Shown: positions 17,990 to 27,285 of the stretch, one piece after another | How positions within the stretch are numbered: position 1 is the first letter of the stretch | Layout: every line of letters starts with the position of its first letter | Assembly: GCA_963826115.1 (NCBI GenBank) | Contig: CAWGVS010000012.1 | Span: 288,001-352,000, forward strand | Origin: an uncultured Candidatus Rokubacteria bacterium | Lineage (GTDB): Bacteria; Methylomirabilota; Methylomirabilia; Rokubacteriales; DASRDR01 | Direction: 5' to 3' | DNA length: 64,000 nucleotides | Program-made: the position numbers and the translations under genes | Notes under the pieces: model-generated | Told to the model about the DNA's origin: nothing | The model's input: only the letters and a program-made list of their open reading frames with translations | Databases searched by the model: none

Positions 17990-19792
17990 TCACGGCAGGT
18001 TCGCCCGCGCGACCTTCTCGAGGAACACGGCCTTCAGGACCTCGCGCGCGATCGGGGCCGCCACCTGGCCGCCCAGGCCGGCCCGCTCCGCGAACACGAC
18101 GACGACGACCTGCGGCTCCTCGAGCGGCGCGAATCCCGCGAACCAGGCGTGGTCCTGGTCCCGCCGCTTGCGCTCGGCGTCGCTCCGGAACTCGTGGGTC
18201 TGGGCGGTGCCGGTCTTGCCACCCACGGTCACGCCCGGCACCCGCGCCAGCTTCCCGGTGCCCTCCGCGACGACCGCGCCGAGCGCGTCGCGCAGGAACT
18301 CGAAGATGACGGGGGCCACGTCGACGCGCCCCTGGATCTGCGGGGCCTCCTCGCGGATCAGCCGGCCGTCCGCCGTCGCGACGCGCTCGACGAGACGGGG
18401 CTTCCAGAGGGTGCCGCCGTTGGCGACCGCGGACATGAAGCGCGCCACCTGCAGCGGGGTGACCGTGATGAGGCCCTGGCCGATCGCCAGGCTCACGGTG
18501 TCGCCGGGGTGCCACTTGTCGTGCAGCGTGTCCCGCTTCCACGCCGGGGACGGGACGAGGCCCGGCCGCTCGCCGGTGAGCCCGCTCTCCGTCACGCGCC
18601 CGAGCCCGAAGGCCTCGGCCATCTGGACGATCTTCTCCGGACCGAGCTTCAGGCCGAGCTGGTAGAAGAACGTGTTGCACGAGTACTGGAGCGCCTCGTG
18701 GAGCGTGAGGGCGCCCCGGTCGTGGTCCTCCCAGTTGTGATAGGGGCGGCCGCCGAACAGCCACTGCCGCGGGCACGACAGGCGGTCGAACGGCGTGATG
18801 GCCTGGGCCTGGAGCCCCGCCGCGGCGACGACGATCTTGAACAGCGAGCCCGGCGGATACACGCCCTGCACGGCGCGGTTCAGGAGCGGCCGCGTCGGAT
18901 CCTGCACCAGCGCGAGCCACGTCTCGCGGTCGAGCGGGCGCGAGAAGCGCTCGACGGGATACGCGGGGTGGGACGTCAGCGCCAGCACGTCGCCGTTGCG
19001 CGGGTCCATGACGACGATCGCCCCCGCGCGGGCGCCGAGCGCGTCCTCGGCCGCCTGCTGGATCCGCCGGTCGATCGTCGTCCACATGTGGGCGCCGGGC
19101 ACCGGCTCCCGCCGATCGAGGACGCGGATCAGCCGGCCGTAGGCGTCGACCTCGACCTCCTCGCCGCCGTCCCGCCCCCGGAGGTGCTCGTCGTGGAGCC
19201 GCTCGAGCCCGGTCTGCCCGACGAGGTCGCCCCGACGGGTCCCGTTCCGGCCGATGTCCTGGTCCGACGCCTCGCGAACGTAGCCGAGCAGATGCGCCGC
19301 AAACCGGACTCCCGGGTACGCGCGCTGGGGCTCGACCTCGACCGTCACGCCGGGCAGATCGAGCCGCCACTCCTCGACGCGCGCGACCTCCTCGAGGGTG
19401 AGCCCGCGCGACAGCCGGATCGGCCACGGGGAGTCCGACGACACGCGCGCCAGCCGATCGCGGAGCTCGCTCTCCGGCACCTGGAGCAGCCGGGCCAGCC
19501 GCTCGACCAAGGCGCCGAGGTCCGGGACGTCCCGCGGCACCACGACGAGGGTGAACGCGGGCCGGTTGTCGACCAGCGGGAGGCCGGTGCGGTCGAAGAG
19601 GATCCCGCGGGGCGCGGCGATGGGCCGGAGCCGGAGCCGGTTCCGATCGGAGAGGGCCGCCAGCCGCTCGCCGCTCAGGATCTGGAGGTTCGCCAGCTGC
19701 CCGCCGACCACGAGGAACGCAATCCCCAGCGCGATGGCCAGGAGCCGCAGCCGGAGCCGCGGCGCGACCGGCGCGGGGCGGGGCCGGATCAT
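17990..19792 (-). CDS. mrdA: Penicillin-binding protein 2
   Basis: APRG..DR, SxxK (PGSLFK), SCN and KTGT motifs; in the mre operon. Confidence 0.93.
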   Translation of the reverse strand: MIRPRPAPVAPRLRLRLLAIALGIAFLVVGGQLANLQILSGERLAALSDRNRLRLRPIAAPRGILFDRTGLPLVDNRPAFTLVVVPRDVPDLGALVERLARLLQVPESELRDRLARVSSDSPWPIRLSRGLTLEEVARVEEWRLDLPGVTVEVEPQRAYPGVRFAAHLLGYVREASDQDIGRNGTRRGDLVGQTGLERLHDEHLRGRDGGEEVEVDAYGRLIRVLDRREPVPGAHMWTTIDRRIQQAAEDALGARAGAIVVMDPRNGDVLALTSHPAYPVERFSRPLDRETWLALVQDPTRPLLNRAVQGVYPPGSLFKIVVAAAGLQAQAITPFDRLSCPRQWLFGGRPYHNWEDHDRGALTLHEALQYSCNTFFYQLGLKLGPEKIVQMAEAFGLGRVTESGLTGERPGLVPSPAWKRDTLHDKWHPGDTVSLAIGQGLITVTPLQVARFMSAVANGGTLWKPRLVERVATADGRLIREEAPQIQGRVDVAPVIFEFLRDALGAVVAEGTGKLARVPGVTVGGKTGTAQTHEFRSDAERKRRDQDHAWFAGFAPLEEPQVVVVVFAERAGLGGQVAAPIAREVLKAVFLEKVARANLP

Positions 19793-20271
19793 CGCCGGGT
19801 CAGGAGCCGGCCCGCCGGCAGGGCCAGGGCGGCCGCCGCCACGATGCCGTTGTACCCCGCCTGGGGGACGATGACGCGCGTGAAGATCTCACCGAGCGGC
19901 GCCGGATAGTGGAAGAGCTGGAGCAGGCCGAAGCGCATCAGCCCGTCGATGATCGTGGCCAGGATGGCGACGCCGATCGGAATGGCCGGCCGCGTCACGA
20001 GGACCCAACGCGGCAGGTCTCCGGCGACGAAGCCGAGCAGCGCCTTGGACAGCGCATGGAGCCCCAGGGGCCCACCGGCTACGGCGTCCTGCGCGAGGCC
20101 GAGCGCGAAGCCGGTGAGGCACCCCGCTTCCGCGCCGTACCGGAGCGCCAGGAGCACCGTGAGGATCACCGGCACGTCGGGCACGATGCCACCGACGCCG
20201 ACGACGGGCACCACCGTGCACTGGACGAGCGCCCCCCCGCTGACGGCGAGCACATAGAGAGGGAAGCGCAC
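19789..20271 (-). CDS. mreD: Rod shape-determining protein MreD
   Basis: Hydrophobic, with PD and GLAQD motifs; between mreC and mrdA. Confidence 0.88.
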   Translation of the reverse strand: MRFPLYVLAVSGGALVQCTVVPVVGVGGIVPDVPVILTVLLALRYGAEAGCLTGFALGLAQDAVAGGPLGLHALSKALLGFVAGDLPRWVLVTRPAIPIGVAILATIIDGLMRFGLLQLFHYPAPLGEIFTRVIVPQAGYNGIVAAAALALPAGRLLTRR

Positions 20272-20274
20272 GGC

Positions 20275-21126
20275 TCAGGACTCGGGGAACGCGGGGGCCA
20301 GATCGCCGCCGCCGGCCCCCCGCGGGAGCACGAGGAGCTCCTCGACGCTCGTGAGATCCACGGCCGGCTCGAGCTCCGCCGTGCGGAAGAGCCCGGTGGG
20401 CGCGTACACGCGCAACACTCGCCCGAGGGGTAGCCCCTTCGGGAAGAGCTCGCCGACTCCGGACGTCACCACGAGGTCGCCCGGCTGGAGCGGGTCCTCG
20501 CTCACGGCCAGCTTGATCCGGAGCCGCCCGCCGGCGACGCCCTCGACCAGGCCCTGGGCCCGGGTCCGGAGCACCGCGCCGCCGATGCTCGAGGCGGGAT
20601 CGGTGAGCACCTGCACCACCGCGGACTGCCGGCGGGCCACCGCGACGCGCCCGACGACCCCGCTCGTCACGATGACGGCCGCCAGGCGCTCCACGCCGTC
20701 GGCGCGGCCGCGGTCGATGGTGAGGCCGCGGGTGAACCCGTTCCAGTCGCGCGCCACGACCTCCGCGCCGAGCGTCCGCTCGGGCAGCCGCTCCCGGAGC
20801 GTCGCCAGCGTGCGGAGCCGGAGGTTCTCGGCCTCGAGCGCCTCCTGGCGAAGCTGGCGGAGTCGGAGGGCGACGGTCTCGGCCCGGAGGCGCGCCACCT
20901 CGGCGCGCAGGTGCTTCCAGTCGAGGTACCCGGCCCACAGTCCGGCCGCGCTCCGGTGCACGCGCGCGAACGCCATCTGGGCGGGCGCCGTGACCGTGGC
21001 GATGCCCTCGGCAAGCCACAGCCCTTCCCCGGGGCGGGTCTGCTGGGCGGTGAGGAGGGCCACAGCCGCCACCACGACGAGCCCCAGGACCGAGTACTTC
21101 CGGTAGCGGACCAGCAAGTCAAACAC
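20275..21126 (-). CDS. mreC: Rod shape-determining protein MreC
   Basis: ENLRLR, IDRG..DG and GDLVVTSG..FPKGLPLG motifs. Confidence 0.92.
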   Translation of the reverse strand: MFDLLVRYRKYSVLGLVVVAAVALLTAQQTRPGEGLWLAEGIATVTAPAQMAFARVHRSAAGLWAGYLDWKHLRAEVARLRAETVALRLRQLRQEALEAENLRLRTLATLRERLPERTLGAEVVARDWNGFTRGLTIDRGRADGVERLAAVIVTSGVVGRVAVARRQSAVVQVLTDPASSIGGAVLRTRAQGLVEGVAGGRLRIKLAVSEDPLQPGDLVVTSGVGELFPKGLPLGRVLRVYAPTGLFRTAELEPAVDLTSVEELLVLPRGAGGGDLAPAFPES

Positions 21127-21145
21127 GCCGGACCCTCCGGAGCGA

Positions 21146-22177
<1,032 letters not shown>

Positions 22178-22442
22178 CTAACCATCGCCTCCTGGGACGG
22201 ACTCAACGTCGGCTTCGACGATAGCACAACGCCGTTCGGGGGACCAAGTCTGGTTCTCAAGATATTTTCGCCTGTGTCCACCATAGGTTACACCCCTCAT
22301 CCGGGGGGTCATGCCTGGTCTCGACGGCGGAGAGCCACAAGGTGGGCCTCGCCTGACCCGGTCACGGGGCCCGCTTGACACCCCGCGCACCGTGCGCCCA
22401 TCCTCGGCCGGCGCCGGCCCACGCCCGGCGCTGCGCCGCACG

Positions 22443-22925
22443 ATGGAGCCCGACGCCGCTCGCCAGGCCGAAGAGTTCTTCCGCGCCGGTCACGCCGCGC
22501 ATCTGCGCGGCGACCTGGACGACGCGATCGAACTCTACCACCGGTCTCTCGCCTGCGTGCCCACCGCGGAGGCCCACACGTTTCTCGGCTGGTCCCTGTC
22601 CGCGAAGGGAGACTACGAGGGGGCCATCCGGGAGTGCCACCGGGCGATCGCGATCGATCCGGACTTCGGGAACCCCTACAACGACATCGGCTCCTACCTG
22701 ATCGCGCTGGGCCGGCCCATCGACGCGGTCCCGTGGCTCCGGAAGGCGATGAGCGCAGGGCGCTACGAGCCCCGGCACTATCCGCACGTGAATCTCGCCC
22801 GCGTCTACGTGAAGCTCGGACACATCGACGCGGCCATCGCCCAGCTGCGCGTGGCGCTGGCGATCACGCCTCAGTACCGGCCGGCTCGCACCGAGCTCCA
22901 CCGTCTGCTCGGCCTGCTGAACTGA
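22443..22925 (+). CDS. Small TPR-repeat protein
   Basis: PTAEAHTFLGW, DPDFGNPYNDIG and consecutive TPR helices. Confidence 0.8.
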   Translation: MEPDAARQAEEFFRAGHAAHLRGDLDDAIELYHRSLACVPTAEAHTFLGWSLSAKGDYEGAIRECHRAIAIDPDFGNPYNDIGSYLIALGRPIDAVPWLRKAMSAGRYEPRHYPHVNLARVYVKLGHIDAAIAQLRVALAITPQYRPARTELHRLLGLLN

Positions 22926-22949
22926 ACTGAGCGCGCGGGACGCGCCGGG

Positions 22950-23215
22950 CCAGAAAATAAGGAGCCCCGAGGGAGTCTGCGGCCCACTGCCGCGTCCGGC
23001 GCAGGCCGCCCCGCAGGTGAGGTCGCGGGACCCTCGGGGCCGGTGGTGCCTGGATCCTCCCAGGCGAGCCACCCTCGCTACTTAACGGGTGCGCACGACC
23101 TAGGAGGTCACCACCTCACAACTCACCGGTTGACTGCCACTCACGGCTGGACCACCTCCTTTCTCGGCGCACCCACCACGCGGGTCCAAGCACCCGCCAC
23201 CGAGAACCGGCCGCC
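22950..23215 (-). ncRNA. Candidate structured RNA with a 21-nt anti-16S element and a 14-codon micro-ORF (family not recognised)
   Basis: Several consecutive inverted-repeat domains, AGAAAGGAGGTGGTCCAGCCG, and a 3' U-rich tail, in a gap with no credible long CDS; boundaries approximate. Confidence 0.45.
23100..23144 (-). CDS. Candidate micro-ORF MSGSQPVSCEVVTS (GTG start)
   Basis: GTG AGT GGC AGT CAA CCG GTG AGT TGT GAG GTG GTG ACC TCC TAG, directly after an extremely strong SD. Confidence 0.35.
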   Translation of the reverse strand: MSGSQPVSCEVVTS

Positions 23216-23335
23216 GATTGCCGGCCCGCGGCTCGATCCGCTCCGCCCGGCTCTTCCGTCGGGTTCGGCGCGCGAGGGGGCTGTGTAAACCCCGATCGAC
23301 TCGCGGACATCCTACGCTCGGCCCGGAAAGATTGT

Positions 23336-23659
23336 CTACGGGATTCTGTCCGCCTCATCCGCCAGGCGCTCGAGGTAGGCGGCCCACTCGACGGGGAGCA
23401 GGTACTTCTTCGCGGCGTTGCACGCGCGGCACGCGGGCACGAGGTTCGACCGGACGGAACGCCCGCCCCGGACCAGCGGGACGCGATGATCCATCGTGAG
23501 CTCCCGCGCCGGCGTGGGCTGTCCGCAGTACTCGCATCGTTCCCGGCCCAGTCGGCGCTTCCACCAGGCGCTCGCTCGGATCTCGCGGGCCCGGGCCTTC
23601 TCGCGCCGGACCTCCTCCGCGGTGACCGGGCTGACGAAGCCGCCCGCGGGCGGCGTCAG
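23336..23659 (-). CDS. Small HNH endonuclease (start uncertain, probably CTG 23659)
   Basis: REKARAREIR..WWKRR, CEYC, TMDH.VP..RGG, NLVPACRACN motifs. Confidence 0.8.
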   Translation of the reverse strand: MTPPAGGFVSPVTAEEVRREKARAREIRASAWWKRRLGRERCEYCGQPTPARELTMDHRVPLVRGGRSVRSNLVPACRACNAAKKYLLPVEWAAYLERLADEADRIP

Positions 23660-24282
23660 CGCGTCAGGACTCGCGCCAGGAGGTCGGACGGGTGGTAGTT
23701 CGTCGCGGGGTTCCATTGCTGGGGGCAGGCCGAGACCACGGCCAGGCAGTCCACGAACGCGCGCAGCAGTACCCAGTCCCCCGCCTCGGTCCGGGGCGGG
23801 CCGAACGTCACGCGCCCGTCCGGGCGCACGGCGACGTTCATGAAGAAGTTCACGGGTTGCGGGACGATCGGACAGCTCGCGCCGAGAGTCCGCAGGGCCG
23901 CGTGGAAGTTCTCGGCGCACGAGGCGTGTCCGGGGACGTGGTACTGCGCGTAGCGGGCCGGGTCGCAGGCCGCGAAGAGCATGTCGTGGACGCCGGGCGT
24001 CCGGTCCTCCTCGAACTGAAGCAGGGGCCGCCGGAGGCTCGAGAAGAACGACTGGCCGACCTCGGGGAACAGCCGGTCGATCTGGACGCGCGTGTGGGAC
24101 GCCGAGAGGTACTCGGCGGGATTCGCGGCGGCGAGCGTGAAGAAGTCCGCGCACCCGCGCCCCTCCACGTCCACGATCTGGACGTACTCGCCGGCCGCCA
24201 CTCGCAGTCCCACGCCGGTCCCGGCGGGGATGGAGAACTCTCGGCCGATCTTCAGGGCGTCGGCGCGCGCCGGATGGCCCAC
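23656..24282 (-). CDS. DUF1989 / urea carboxylase-associated family protein
   Basis: IVDVEG..CADF, HDMLFAACD, SCAENF, PVNFFMNV and SACPQ..NP.N motifs. Confidence 0.85.
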   Translation of the reverse strand: MGHPARADALKIGREFSIPAGTGVGLRVAAGEYVQIVDVEGRGCADFFTLAAANPAEYLSASHTRVQIDRLFPEVGQSFFSSLRRPLLQFEEDRTPGVHDMLFAACDPARYAQYHVPGHASCAENFHAALRTLGASCPIVPQPVNFFMNVAVRPDGRVTFGPPRTEAGDWVLLRAFVDCLAVVSACPQQWNPATNYHPSDLLARVLTR

Positions 24283-24307
24283 GATGCCCTCCCCGTCCCG
24301 CGGGGGA

Positions 24308-25846
24308 TCAGGACGCCGGGCGCGCCGGGCGCTTCTCGAGCGCCAGGTCCTGGGCCCGCCCCGCCGGGACCAGGAACGCCGAGAGGAGCGCCAAGGACGC
24401 GATCCCGAGACCGACGAGGAACACGGCGTGCAGCGCGTTGGCGAGTCCCTGGCTGAACGCGCTCAGCACCGCCGGCGGGAGCGCGCTCCGGAGGGTCGGC
24501 TCGATCAGCGCGTCCGGGTGCGCGATGAGCGCTTCGAGCTGGGTCCGGGCGGGGCCGTCGAGCCCCCCCAGCACGGTCCGGAGCTGCCGGCCAAGCTCGG
24601 CGGACAGCACGGCGCCCATCACGGCCACGCCGACGGCCCCCCCGATCGACCGGAAGAAGGTGGTCGCGGAGGTCGCCGCGCCGAGATCCGCCTTGGGCAC
24701 CGCGTTCTGCACCGCCAGGAGGAGCGGCACCATGATGAGCCCCATCCCCATGCCCGCCAGCAGCATGTTCCGCCACGTGGCGGCCTGGGTCGTGCTGAGC
24801 CCCATGTGGCTCATGAGCAGGAACGCGACCGCGAGGCACATCATCCCGCCGACGACCGGCCAGCGGTAGCCGACGCGGAGCAGAAGCCGCGCCGACACGA
24901 CGGAGAAGGTCACCCACCCGAGGACGAACGGGGTCAGCGCTGTTCCCGCCTCCGTCGCCGTGCCGCCGAGCACGCCCTGGACGAAGAGGGGAATGAAGGA
25001 GATGGTGCCGAACATCGCCATGCCCGCCAGGAACCCGGTGACGGCCGCCGCCCGGAACATGCGGTTGGCGAACAGCCGGAGCGGCAGGAGAGGCTCCGGG
25101 GCGTGGCGCTCCCAGCGGGCGAACTCGACGAGCAGCCCCACCGAGAGGGCGGCCAGCACGGCGTGGCCGAGTCCGAACCGTCCCGCCCGGCCGCCCTCCA
25201 CGAGCGCGGCGAGGAGGCCCGCCAGGCCGGCGGTCAGCAGCGCGGCGCCGCGGAAGTCGACCTTCACCCCGCGCCGCGGGCGGTCGGTCCCGGCCAGCGC
25301 GACCCAGAGGATCGCGCCGGCGAGGAGCCCGAACGGGATGTTGACGAAGAACACCCAGTGCCAGGACAGCCGGTCGGTCAGGAAGCCGCCGATGAGCGGC
25401 CCGACGATCGACGCGAGTCCCCACGTGGCCGAGAAGTACCCCTGCATGCGCGCGCGCTGCTCGAGGCCGTAGAGGTCCGCGATGATCGTCATGCCGAGCG
25501 GGATGAGCGCCCCGCCGCCCAGCCCCTGGAGCGTCCGGCAAGCGATCAGGAACGCCATCGACGTCGAGAGGCCCGAGAGGACCGACCCGACGAGGAAGAT
25601 CGTGAGCCCCGAGAGGTACACGCTCCGGCGCCCGTAGAGGTCCGCGAACCGCCCCCAGAGCGGCATCGAGATGGTCGCGGCGAGGATGTACGCCGAGAAC
25701 ACCCACGAGTAGATGGCGAGGCCCCCGAGGCTCGCGATCACCGTCGGCATCGCGGTCGCGACGGCGGTCGACTCCATGGCGCCGAGGAAGAGCCCCAGCA
25801 TGACGCCCGAGACGACGAGCCCGCGGCGCGGCGGGGCCGCGGTCAT
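24308..25846 (-). CDS. DHA2-type (MDR) MFS efflux transporter
   Basis: GRFADLYGRR motif A, LQGLGGG, GPLIGGFL and WHWVFFVNIP motifs; ATGA coupling. Confidence 0.9.
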   Translation of the reverse strand: MTAAPPRRGLVVSGVMLGLFLGAMESTAVATAMPTVIASLGGLAIYSWVFSAYILAATISMPLWGRFADLYGRRSVYLSGLTIFLVGSVLSGLSTSMAFLIACRTLQGLGGGALIPLGMTIIADLYGLEQRARMQGYFSATWGLASIVGPLIGGFLTDRLSWHWVFFVNIPFGLLAGAILWVALAGTDRPRRGVKVDFRGAALLTAGLAGLLAALVEGGRAGRFGLGHAVLAALSVGLLVEFARWERHAPEPLLPLRLFANRMFRAAAVTGFLAGMAMFGTISFIPLFVQGVLGGTATEAGTALTPFVLGWVTFSVVSARLLLRVGYRWPVVGGMMCLAVAFLLMSHMGLSTTQAATWRNMLLAGMGMGLIMVPLLLAVQNAVPKADLGAATSATTFFRSIGGAVGVAVMGAVLSAELGRQLRTVLGGLDGPARTQLEALIAHPDALIEPTLRSALPPAVLSAFSQGLANALHAVFLVGLGIASLALLSAFLVPAGRAQDLALEKRPARPAS

Positions 25847-26163
25847 GCGTCGGCCCCTCGCCGCGTGGTGGCGCACTGGGCGCAGGGACACCGGCCGCGC
25901 AGCTCGACGTAGGGGATCGTCGACGCGTGATCGTCCTGCCACTGGACGCGGAGCGCCGACGGCTCGCGCCGGATCTCCGTCGGCCAGGCCTCCCCGGCCG
26001 GCGGACAGGCGCCGCACGGGCACGCCGCGCGCAGCATGGTGAACGGGTAGATGCTCCCGTGCCGGTCCTGCCAGGTCACGCCGAGCGCGTAGCGCCCCAC
26101 GAGGGACACGGCGTCGGGGCGATTCGGGTCGGCGCCGACCAGCGGGAGGAGCGAGCGGGCCAT
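25843..26163 (-). CDS. DUF971 / GBBH-like N-terminal domain protein with two CPCxxC motifs
   Basis: VGRYAL..W.D.H..IY...LRAACPCGAC and W.DDH.S..Y..LR..CPCAQC. Confidence 0.75.
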   Translation of the reverse strand: MARSLLPLVGADPNRPDAVSLVGRYALGVTWQDRHGSIYPFTMLRAACPCGACPPAGEAWPTEIRREPSALRVQWQDDHASTIPYVELRGRCPCAQCATTRRGADA

Positions 26164-26174
26164 GGGAGGCTCCG

Positions 26175-27146
26175 TCAGGCGCCGCGGGCCGCCGACGCCG
26201 GCGCGGCGCTCTGGCGGACCCGGGCGTGCGCCGCGAGGAGGTAGTGCGTCGCGAGGCTCCGGTGCGGGCGCCACGCTTTGGCGCGGCGTCGGACCGCGGC
26301 CGCGTCCCGCTCGCGGCCGCGGAAGCAGAGGACCTCGATGGCGCGCCGGACGCCGAGGTCGTCCGCGGGGCAGATGTCGGGCCGTCCGAGCCCGCGCGCC
26401 AGGAACCACTCGGCGGACCAGCGGCCCAGCCCACGGACCGCCGTCAGCCGCGTCACGACGACTTCGTCGGGCGCGGCGGCGAGCGCCGCCGGGTCGAGCC
26501 GGCCGTCCGCGAGCTCCCGGGCCAGTCCCACGATGTACTCGGCCTTGCGTTGCGAGAACTGCATGGCGCGCAGCTCCGCGGGCGGCGCCGCCGCCAGCGC
26601 GGCCGGCGCGGGGAACGCGTGGACCGTCACACCCTCGAACTCGAGCGGCGTCCCGTAGCGGCGCACGAGGCGCGCCCGCGTCGCGAAGGCGAACGCGAGG
26701 TTCACCTGCTGGGCGCTGATCGCACCCACCAGCATCTCGAACGGGTCCGGCGCGAGCGTGGGGCGCAGACCGAACAGCCCGCCCGTCGGCCGGACCAGCG
26801 GCGCGAGCACCGGATCGGCGGCCGCGGCCGCGTAGAACGCGCGGAGGTCCCATCCCTCGCCCAGGAGCCGCGCCGCTTCGTGCCGGAGGGCGGCGCGCCG
26901 CGCCGGCGTGTCCGGCCCCGCAAAGGCCAGCGTCGCCCGCGGCTGCGCGGGCGGGCCCGTAACCGTCAGGCGGAACGGGACCAGCCGGCCATCGACGCGG
27001 GCGACCCGGTGGAGCGTCCCATCACGATAGGGGCTGGCCGGGTCCGGGCCCCAGCGTCCGTAGCGCTCGAGGGTCTGGTGCGCGTTGAGCGGAGCCCGTG
27101 GTCGGAACGCGAAAACTGCCCGTCCGCTTCGTGAAGGCGCCAGCAT
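26175..27146 (-). CDS. alkA: DNA-3-methyladenine glycosylase II (HhH-GPD family)
   Basis: AISAQQV, FP.P, RGLGRWSAE (HhH), PADDLG and WRPHRS motifs. Confidence 0.85.
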   Translation of the reverse strand: MLAPSRSGRAVFAFRPRAPLNAHQTLERYGRWGPDPASPYRDGTLHRVARVDGRLVPFRLTVTGPPAQPRATLAFAGPDTPARRAALRHEAARLLGEGWDLRAFYAAAAADPVLAPLVRPTGGLFGLRPTLAPDPFEMLVGAISAQQVNLAFAFATRARLVRRYGTPLEFEGVTVHAFPAPAALAAAPPAELRAMQFSQRKAEYIVGLARELADGRLDPAALAAAPDEVVVTRLTAVRGLGRWSAEWFLARGLGRPDICPADDLGVRRAIEVLCFRGRERDAAAVRRRAKAWRPHRSLATHYLLAAHARVRQSAAPASAARGA

Positions 27147-27285
27147 CGTGTTGTTCAGAGGGCCGAGCCGCCGAGGGGTGGTCCGGGCTCGACGGAAGTC
27201 GAGTCTAGCACAGGGGCGGGGCCTCGACAGCCGCCGCCCGCCGGCGATGCGGCGATCCCGCCCGCGCCCGGCATCGCGACCCGCT

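Noticed and set aside
23144-23164. Remnant of a 16S rRNA gene
   Set aside because: Similarity stops after 21 nt; upstream 16S sequence (GTAACAAGGTAGCCGT...) and ITS/tRNA context are absent
22926-23335. RNase P, SRP RNA or tmRNA
   Set aside because: None of their signature motifs (GAGGAAAGTCC, GGAAGGAAGCAGC, tRNA-like ends) seen by eye; 6S RNA cannot be excluded without cmscan
23336-23659. HNH gene plus adjacent structured RNA as an RNA-guided (IscB/HEARO-like) system
   Set aside because: The protein is only ~107 aa, looks like a widespread stand-alone HNH, and has no RuvC, PLMP or transposon ends; adjacency alone is insufficient, though co-occurrence is worth testing
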